Source: Minutocellus sp. GHC0000111 (taxonomy: Eukaryota). Taken from it: a stretch of 64,000 nt of DNA. The stretch's first letter is position 1; each line of letters begins with the position of its first letter. Of this stretch, positions 55,902-64,000 are shown piece after piece. The notes beneath the pieces were generated by a model. The model did not search any database. It was given only the letters and a program-made list of their open reading frames with translations, and had not been told where the DNA came from. The position numbers and the translations under genes are program-made. The DNA is taken from contig OZ361257.1 of NCBI GenBank assembly GCA_977018835.1, positions 2,666,001 through 2,730,000 on the forward strand, given 5' to 3'.

Positions 55902-56162
55902 TGGGACGTTGGCCAAGCTTAACTGGAGGAGTACGAATACTGTAATGCAAATATGGCTCGTTTTGACGTTTTCGCCGTTGTTTCGTTCTATTTTGAGGTG
56001 TGCGCGGCCGCGCGAGAGCGACGTGGCTTTTTCGATTTTGTAACAGGGATCGGGAGATTGGTAAATGCGACATGATATGATATGAGGGCTGATGGGGCGG
56101 ACGTGCCGGACGTGGCCATGCCTGAACATCTGAACAACCATCACTGTTGCTGCTGTAACAAT

Positions 56163-57038
56163 ATGACACGTCCCCTCCTTCTGAATGCTGCTGCCTTCGC
56201 CGCCGCGGTGTTGGCATCGCCTCTTGTTGTTCCTGTACTTGTGTCCGCTCTGGCACCAGAGATTCCGGCCGCTCATTTATCTCGAGTGTCAAGGCTTGTC
56301 TCTGAAGCTCTCGGGGATAAAGATGTCGGTGGCGGTACCGATGCCACGATGGATTCCGCTGCTGCAGCACGATACGCCTCAGTAAGGAGTGCTGTGGCAG
56401 ACTTTAATCGGGACATGCCAGTACCAGCCAATGAACTCGTCTACGGCGAACTCTCTGTGCCAACCCTTGGAAGAATCTTAGATGCGGTTGGGTTGGAAGA
56501 GCAAGAAACATTTTTGGACGTAGGTTCTGGAGATGGCGCATGCGTTCTTGGGGCGTCCCTTCTATACAATCAAGATGATTCCCTGGTAATATCCAAATGC
56601 ATTGGGGTAGAGATTGTGCCTGGATTGGTCGATAGGTCAGAGCACCATGCTGAAAACTTGGCCGACATATTACAAAGAGAGAAGGGGAGTGGCAGCAGCT
56701 TGAGGCAAGCACAAGCTCAGGTTGAGTTTTTACTTGGTGATATTCACGATAGCAGTGATCGGGTGATGTCACGAGTTCTTTCGCAAGCAACGGTTGTGGT
56801 ATGCTTCGCTACAACATGGTGTGCGAGCAATACAGAAACAGGCGACAAAACGTCCTTGCATGGTCGAAGATTTCCTAAACTCTCTCAGGCTCTATCGGCG
56901 TTGAAGAGAGGAGCCAGGGTCGTTATAATCGATGGCAAATTGAATTCTCGTGATGGCTTTGCTTGGCAAGGAGACTTGCGCATTGTTTGCCCAGATACAG
57001 CACCCTACTCTACCGCAACCTTGTACCATAAGCAATGA
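56163..57038 (+). CDS. DOT1-like SAM-dependent methyltransferase with signal/transit peptide
   Basis: LVYGELS, FLDVGSGDG, GVEIV, FLLGDI. Confidence 0.75.
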   Translation: MTRPLLLNAAAFAAAVLASPLVVPVLVSALAPEIPAAHLSRVSRLVSEALGDKDVGGGTDATMDSAAAARYASVRSAVADFNRDMPVPANELVYGELSVPTLGRILDAVGLEEQETFLDVGSGDGACVLGASLLYNQDDSLVISKCIGVEIVPGLVDRSEHHAENLADILQREKGSGSSLRQAQAQVEFLLGDIHDSSDRVMSRVLSQATVVVCFATTWCASNTETGDKTSLHGRRFPKLSQALSALKRGARVVIIDGKLNSRDGFAWQGDLRIVCPDTAPYSTATLYHKQ

Positions 57039-57108
57039 TTATTTACTGACGGTCCACACATACAGCAATAGAGCTTCACTCATACTTTATTATCGCAGCT
57101 TTTTGGTA

Positions 57109-57210
57109 TATATTACAAATCAGCAAAGAATGTCACTAGTAGGCGAACAGTAGTATATTACAAATCAGCAAAGAATGTCACTAGTAGGCAGCAAAGAATG
57201 TCACTAGTAG
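57109..57210. repeat. Short tandem duplications in 3' intergenic DNA
   Basis: TATATTACAAATCAGCAAAGAATGTCACTAGTAGGC twice, plus a third partial copy CAGCAAAGAATGTCACTAGTAG. Confidence 0.9.
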
Positions 57211-58139
57211 CGGCTTTGTAGTATATATACACATACTGCAGCAAAGTGAGTCTGCTACGTAGATCACCTACCGGTATGTAGCTACATTTAGGACATGAAA
57301 GTACGTACATTAGAACCTGTATGACAAGGATGATTGCTAAAATAAGGTCGTCACTCTTTGGTGATAAGTTACAGTCCAGTACTACATAAACTTCACATAC
57401 CATGTGGCAGGCATGACCTTCAAGTCAGTTCCGTCACGGCTTTTCCCCGCGTCTCTTCCCTTGTCCATAAGGAGGATGCTTGTTATACAAAATTTCAATG
57501 GCTGGATAATTCACTTTCCTAATTCCTTGATCCTCGTCTGTCTCCTCGCCCGGCGTCACATCGCTGGAGGAGCATTGGTCCGGCGTGAAGCACATTGCTG
57601 AACACACCGAGAGAAGGACTGAGTTGTCGCCCAATTCTCCACACGCAATCTCACTCCAAAATGAAGAATTTCGTCGGTGATAGTTGTGGCGTGGTCTGCT
57701 TCGCCCTCCTAGCTTCTTGGTATTGGTGTCGCCCTCTACAAAAGTGCGGGCGTCGTCGTCGTCGTCGTCGTCGTCATTGTCGTCAATGGTGAGCGAATCT
57801 CCACAGAATACATGTATGGTCGATGGGAAGGATCGACAGGAAGACTCGTCGTAAGGGTCCTCTGGTGCCCTAAGGCGCGATTCCACGTAGTCTTTCCACA
57901 TTGAGACTCAACTGTCACACGCAACAAGTAGACGGGATTCTTGTTTATTGCTACGTACTAGTAGCTTTTGATCGGATGTAGCCGAAACAGTGGAGCACTT
58001 CGCGTGTTGCTCGCAATCAATTAATTTGCTGAGGAAATGATCACTGAGCAGAGAGTGAAAATGGATAGCCAAATAGCACGTGCGTGTGAGGCCACTTGCT
58101 GGTCATTGTGCTAACCTTCCAGGAGCTACTCCTAGCTAC

Positions 58140-60920
58140 GTAGCTAGATACGAGAGTATGCAAGCTGCGCCATTGGCGGCTTTCGACTATGAAAGATCAA
58201 AGCACAAGATTCACTCGATTCATCAAAGATGCGCGCAAGCACCGAGCGCATCTTTGAAAAATGGCCCAACAACCAGGAGATTGGTAGAAACCTCTGAAAT
58301 GAATGACGAATCGAATGAATCGAATCGAATGAATCGAATCGAATGAATCGAATCGAATGAATCGAATGAATCGAATGAATCGAATCGAATGAATCGAATG
58401 AATCATCGAATGAATCGAATGAATCATCGAATGAATCGAATCGAATAACATCTGGAAGCAGCCACAGCCCCATCTCGTCTTGTTTCGCCGGTCGGATGAA
58501 GCGTTTTTCGGCAGAAGACGAACACGTCACGAAGAAACCCACCAAAACCCAATCTCGTTCGTCACCCATTCTTTGACCGTCCAACACCATGGTGGTCCGT
58601 CGGCGTTGCGCCGGCGTGTAACCATGTTTTCGCACCAAACACGCATTCATTGTCATGTTTGGACACAGTTGAAGCTCACTGCATCCTCAGATTGGCCTCC
58701 GCTGCGTGTCAACGCCACGAGCCATCGGCCTGCTTTTCCTCCATCTGTCGGCCGTTCGTTTCTCTGGGGTGGTGCCATTGCTCTCCGTCTTTGTGCTCGT
58801 CGTGCTCCCGTTGTGATGCCCCAGACCCTCTGGCACTTTCCCACGTTGTTGTTGATGACAAACTGCCGGGATTGCGCCGCACCCCCCGCATGGCCGACTC
58901 TCGCTGATCCCGACCGATGATCGCATCCCCACTCGACCTCCCGGATTTGTTGCGCCCGAGGAGAGACAGACAGTGTTGGGATAAGTTCATGCAACAATCA
59001 ACCCGACAAAGGGACTTTTTGGTCTGGGAGACAAATGGGTGAGTTAAGAAGGACGTGATGTGTTTGTTTGGGTGTGCTGTTTGCTTTTTTGCTCAATCGC
59101 GATGCTGTCCCCCCGCCTCTCCTCGACCTTTGGATTGGATGCCCTCTCCTCAGCCTTGAACTGCGCCGTCTGTTGGGCCTCATGTCCCTTGACGCCCTGA
59201 GTCCGACGATCTTCCTTAACGCCCTCTTGGTGGGCTCGCTCCACAAACGATTCGTCGAGCCAACAGATGCCGCCCCATCCATTCTTCACTCTAGCCAAAT
59301 GTGTTGGTCCAAGATGTGATCTTCGAGCAAGTGCCACTTGGGCGTCATGCCAATGCCGATTGCCCGTGCTTGCTTGAGGGCACTTGCAATCAATGCTTCA
59401 AGCTCTCTCACAGCCTTCTTTGCCTCATCATCCCATTTCATGCACCATTTCAGAAACCTGGAACATGTTGCGTCAAGAGTGTGGAGCAAATTAGAGCAAG
59501 CTTTGCAGAGCTCTTTGATGTCGTCATCCGTCATGCCATCTTCCTCGCGATTGTGCTCTAGGAGAGTTCCTTTGGTGGAGGTGTTGTGGTGGATGAACTC
59601 TGTTGTCCTTGGTTTCTTCTTGTTGTTGCCATCATCAGAAACATTAACAACAGACAAAGCTCTCCCCAGCACTCTGCCAGCACTGCCCTTGTTTCACCTG
59701 AGTCGGCCGCCTCAATGCCGGCCTTTTTCAGGAAATGGAAGTGAGGGGCATCGTCATCCTCGGCATCATCGACAGCTCCCATCTCTGGCTCGCCATCACC
59801 GTGCTTCTGACGACTCTTCTCAAAGCACTGCTGCATGCATGCGCTTCATGTGCAGCGTCCTCTCTTGCAACATCAGCTTCGTCCTCACAACAGGGCACAC
59901 AGTCCTCGTCTTCGTCGTCATCGTCCTCACTGATCTCGCCGGCCTCCGTCGTGGTCAGGGTGCCCACCGTCCCAACATCGTCGTCGTCATTGTCCCACCC
60001 ATCGCCCTGCCTGGCCATCACACCCACCAGGGAACTTCTGGGCCTCGAGCAACATCTGCCTGTTGACTTCGTAGTCCATCGCCGCATGTCCCACCGACAC
60101 ATGTGGTGCGACCGACTTGAGGAATGCATCACATGCCTTCGTCAAATTGAGCCGCGGCGGCGGCATTTCGAGGCGAAATTGTTGCTCGACCGTGACCACG
60201 TCGAAAGCCACATCCATCCATCATCATCATGGAGAGCGTCGGCTGCACGAGGATTGACAGAACCGAGGCGAACAAATGTGCTCTTTTTGTGTGGGGTTCG
60301 CTGAACGTCGTCGGCAAGGCAGTGTCTTGACACCATTTCATCCCATCCATTCTGGTTGTCTGTCCTCACAAAAAACACGTCGCAGTGTGTCTTCGTCGTC
60401 GTGTGTTTCTTCTTCTTCAAACCCAAGATGCCCGCAGTGTGCACGACGGCGCCGCACATGATGGGACTGCATCCCAACACATTCATCAAGGAGTCGTTGT
60501 TGTTGCCGATGAAATTGTAGCAATGAAGTTCCTTTCTGCGAAGACGGACGAGTGGTTCAGCCAGGCAGGGCGTCCTGCACCGCAACTCTGTCTGCGGTGT
60601 TGACCGCGGGATTGCGGCCGTTGTTTTTTTGCTCATGGAGAGTTGTGGATCGAGACCAACGGGAACATCACCAGGATGTCGGGAGCACCTGGTTGGTCTC
60701 GTGCCGTAACTCTCCCACACCAGCGCGAGATGTCGCCTTCGTTCTGCACGCAGCGGCGGCAATTTGAATTTTTGCCGCCATGGTGGCTCGCGTTGGGCGC
60801 GCCGGTCGGTTGCTTCGCGCGCCGGCCGGCCACCGAAAGTGCGACCAAAAGTATGCGAGTCATCCGGCTGGCAGATGGTGCTGTGCTGACGCTGCTGCTG
60901 CAGCTGCTATCACAGGAATT
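58140..60920 (-). mobile_element. Degraded DNA transposon with a Chapaev/Transib (RAG1-like) transposase remnant; boundaries approximate
   Basis: Frameshifted minus-strand fragments MTPKWHLLEDH and GGICWLDESFVERAHQEG resemble the C-terminal catalytic region of Transib/Chapaev transposases. TCCTAGCTA at 58130-58138 and 60920-60928 is a possible TSD. Confidence 0.6.
58297..58446. repeat. Compound (GAAT/GAATC)n microsatellite
   Basis: Directly visible GAATCGAATGAATC... run. Confidence 0.95.
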
Positions 60921-60957
60921 CCTAGCTAGCAGCTGCGTGCCTAGGCCTAGGTGCCTA

Positions 60958-62780
60958 CGAGGTCCGGGACAGCAATTTCGGGGACCCGGTTTTTTGGGTC
61001 TTTGGACTTTCCGACACGGCGGTTTGCGCGCACCTTGAAAAACACGCGGCAAAGCAAGCAAATCAAAACACATCCGTCAACACCGACCTCCAAGCAATTA
61101 CCACAAATAGACTGGGCAACTTCTGCCGACTGGCGCTTCAAGAAGCTTCCATACTCATGGATACTCCAAAGGGACACATCTTCAGTCCACCGCGTCCACC
61201 GAAACGCGCCGAGGCGACTGCATTCAGCCCCTCGCGCCATGAGAAGGAAACTTCCAACGAAACGCCGGAACATCCGCGGTATCGAGAGAACAAGGACAAC
61301 GATGACGAGGAGGACAACCAAGGGGTCCCACCGGCATCGTCAGACCTCACATCTCCTCGTGTGTTGAAATATCGACGCGAGTACAACGAAGAGGATGGCT
61401 TCGCCGCCGAACAAGCCCAAGCAAGGAAGTACTTGCATCATGACATATTGCGTGCCGACTTTCGCGGTACCGCTACCGTTTCATCTCATTCTGATGAAGA
61501 TGATTCATTCTCAGAGATGAGCATAGCAACCGCCGACGCAAAGCCAAGCGGCGAGACGAGAAAGCCCGTGAGCTCATTCGACCTTCCCTCCGCCACGCCC
61601 ATGGTAACAAGTCCAATGTCAGTTCATACTCAGTATGCTCTTACCCCAAGCCGCTCATGCCCGTCGTTCAGCAACCTTCAATTGTCATCCCCTACCATCT
61701 TGGAGCCCTTGCCTCCAACCGAACCAATCGAACGACAGATTTAACGAGAGGTTGAGGAACATCGGAGGCTTGCGTGCTTTTTGACGTACGGAGAAGCACC
61801 ACTACCACAAGATATAAAGAACTACAAGTCACCCACATGTAGTCAGAGGCCCGAACCAAGAAGAAAAGAGAAAGGGGTCTACCTCCCCTTCAAACAAGTT
61901 CCTGGTTGGGGTAGCGAGGTCGCGGTCACCACAATGCTAGGCATGATCGAAGTCGATCGCCAAGTAAGAGAGGGTCGTGGTGCCTACCCGAAAGGGTGGA
62001 GAAGCAGAGAACTCGGATTGTATGATAACAAGACAATAGAATTCTCTATTGCATTATCTACTGACAAGATTGCATTAGATGCATATAAGTTGGGATATGA
62101 GGATGGGAGTAAACAACCAACTGCTCACCCTGCCCTCACTGACAATAAACTTGCCGATGCATATGGTGTGAAGCGCGGAAAGATTCGTCAGTCCCTCCAC
62201 GCTGTGTGGCTTTCTAATGATCATAAGAAGGCCAAGGAGGCAAAAAAGAATACCGGTAGAAATAGAAGAACAAAGAAGCCCACCGTGATATAAACAAACC
62301 AATGCTGCTGCATCTTACATGTAGATCTATAAATAATTTGTAGACGTGTAACATTTATTTAATACATGTGTAAAGACATTAACACTATCTATTTATTAGA
62401 AGGATGACGAGCTGAGGGCTCCATCCCCTTGGCCGTTTCGTTGAAGTCGATCCTAATTCCAGTGTGCAAGTTTTCGTCACCCAACCTTCCAACAAACTCA
62501 TTGCTACCACCGGCCTTAATCACCAGGCCCATTATCCTCCAGTACTGAATGAAGGCCGAAGCAATTTTGCAGTTAGGCATGCTATCGTAAACGTCCTCGG
62601 CAGTGTCCCAGATCTGGTCGGTGGAAATGACGGAGGTGCCTACCATTTTTCGTGCCCATTCCGAGTGCCGCCGGCTCATCGCGGGGAACACGCTCAAGTC
62701 AAGGACGTTGGCGTGAGGCATCTGCGGTGCCTGTGGCTGCCACGTCCAGCCTTGCTCAGCACAGAAGTTTATAAAGGAAG
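60958..62780 (-). mobile_element. Truncated Tc1/mariner-like element: one terminus, a passenger ORF and the C-terminal part of the transposase
   Basis: TA followed by CGAGGTCC... at 60956-60965 resembles a mariner end. Minus-strand FINFCAEQGWTWQPQAPQMPHANVLDLSVFPAMS...VIKAGGSN (about 62780-62389) matches the QPPNSPDxNVLDL/GGN region of plant/stramenopile-type mariner transposases. Confidence 0.6.
61157..62293 (+). pseudogene. Unknown ORF inside the mariner-like element, with one in-frame stop at 61742-61744
   Basis: ORFs 61157-61744 and 61781-62293 share a frame and are separated by a single TAA; basic NLS-like C-terminus. Confidence 0.5.
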
Positions 62781-62871
62781 AGGAACGAAATGAGGTAGGT
62801 ACCCTGTTAGAGACTCTTAAAACGAAAGGTCCAACGCGACCGCAAATCTAACGATGGAAAAAGTCACTTAC

Positions 62872-64000
62872 CCATCTCGAATATTAATTTCCTCGTCGGT
62901 GAGACGCTGCAACTCTCCAGCGAATCCGGTATTGATTTTAAACGAATCAAAGCCATATTTATAGGGCAATACGACCAGAGGATTCTCCTTCAGCTTGATC
63001 AAAGCATCGACCACAAATTGGATTTGATGATAGTTGAACCTGCCCTGGTCAAAGTTTTGCATGTAATATGCTGCATTTGCACCGTCAACGATGGCAGTGA
63101 ATGGTTCTCCGGTTCGAGTGCTTTCGTTCAAGATGTCATGGCAATTGTCGTGTCATTACAAGAGAGAGAGAGAGAGAGAGAAAATTGAACAAAGGCACGA
63201 AAAATGGCCCATCGGTGAGTGACGACTAGCGCATACAGAGGGAAAAATCGGCAAAGCAAAGGGGGGAACAAAATGATACTCACTCGAGCCAATCTGCAAA
63301 GCGACTCATTTCTTCAACGGCCCGCCGAGCGTCTTCCTTCTCCTTTTGTTTGTTGCCTCTAGCAAATTTGGCAGTTTCAGAAGCGGCGAGCTTCGCTAGG
63401 CTTGCTCTCAGCTGCTTTCTCTGCTCTTCATCCAGCATAACTAGTCTCAGCCTTGCCTTCGTCCTTGGACAGACGCCGGTTTCGTGATCTACAGAGATCC
63501 GACTTGCAACGACTTCATCATGTTCAGCGACATCATTGAAAACACGCATTCCAGCCAGCGAATGCATCTCCTGTAAATTTCGCCCTTCGTGTTGATCCTT
63601 GAATCCAATAGCAAGAGCATTATACATCTTCCTTGCAGAGGCGGCAGTTATCTCCATGATATCTTCTGCCATTTCTGTTACAAGCTCATCGAACAATCCC
63701 AGGCCACTTGTCTGGGAATAGCCAAGGTCAGTGGCAATGTCAATCGGCTCCGCATCTTCGCGGAAGCAGCCGTTCTCCGCAAGGGCTGATATCAGCATTA
63801 CATAATTCTCTGGCTCCAAATGAACTGTTTCTGTGTTCCTCATCCGCTTAAAGAGTTTGAGAGCCGAGCTCACCTCCCCACTTTGGCAATACAGGCTCAA
63901 TATTGGAAGATAAGAACGAAGTCGGACGACCGTACCTTCTTTGGACGCAAATATTTCCAACAATTGTTCCGCTCCCTGAGCATCGCCCTTGGATATTAAG
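62872..64000 (-). CDS. PRORP: Proteinaceous RNase P (PPR + NYN domain), partial; exons >64000-63284 and 63120-62872; downstream exons absent
   Basis: PPR-like RLRSYLPIL...ALKLF, zinc-site GVCP, NYN motif IVDGANAAYYMQNF and PLVVLP; GTGAGT and GTAAGT donors. Confidence 0.85.
63161..63180. repeat. (GA)n microsatellite in the PRORP intron
   Basis: AGAGAGAG... run visible. Confidence 0.9.

Noticed and set aside
57434..57901. 155-aa minus-strand ORF with an Asp run
   Set aside because: Could be a gene fragment, but no recognisable domain or clear start was found, so it was not called.
58144..58656. ORFs with IHS/FDS/IRF repeats
   Set aside because: Translations of the GAATC microsatellite.
61157..62293. 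Fanzor/TnpB nuclease in the mariner-like element
   Set aside because: No RuvC D-E-D motifs or CxxC zinc finger recognisable.

Overview
Gene-dense eukaryotic genomic DNA with short GT-AG introns. The gene families (SBP-fused class C GPCR, CEGDCD-repeat surface protein, PRORP, Ambal-like LINE) point to a diatom or other stramenopile alga; this is an inference and no species is assigned. About 25 protein-coding loci are visible, including TRAPPC8, ferroportin, a NikA-like binding protein, an ankyrin/kinase-like protein, an ATP-grasp ligase, GPCAT, an FLVCR-like MFS, a vanadium haloperoxidase-like enzyme, TatD, a DOT1-like methyltransferase and PRORP, plus three transposon relics. Highlights: (1) a spliced, toxin-like R-S-E ADP-ribosyltransferase gene (14082-11734, minus) that the ORF track hides, because an intron falls right after the catalytic ExE motif and a homopolymer frameshift splits the ORF; a ~178-bp tandem repeat with an invariant 50-bp core lies upstream. 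(2) A Chapaev/Transib-like transposase relic strongly depleted of TpA, suggesting a RIP-like hypermutation acting on TpA. (3) A circularly permuted, membrane-anchored NikA head-to-head with ferroportin. (4) An internally deleted Ambal-like LINE with a perfect 16-bp target-site duplication. (5) Pervasive small and large deletions breaking many genes, consistent with a decaying haplotype or an assembly artefact. All family assignments come from motif recognition by eye; no database search was run.
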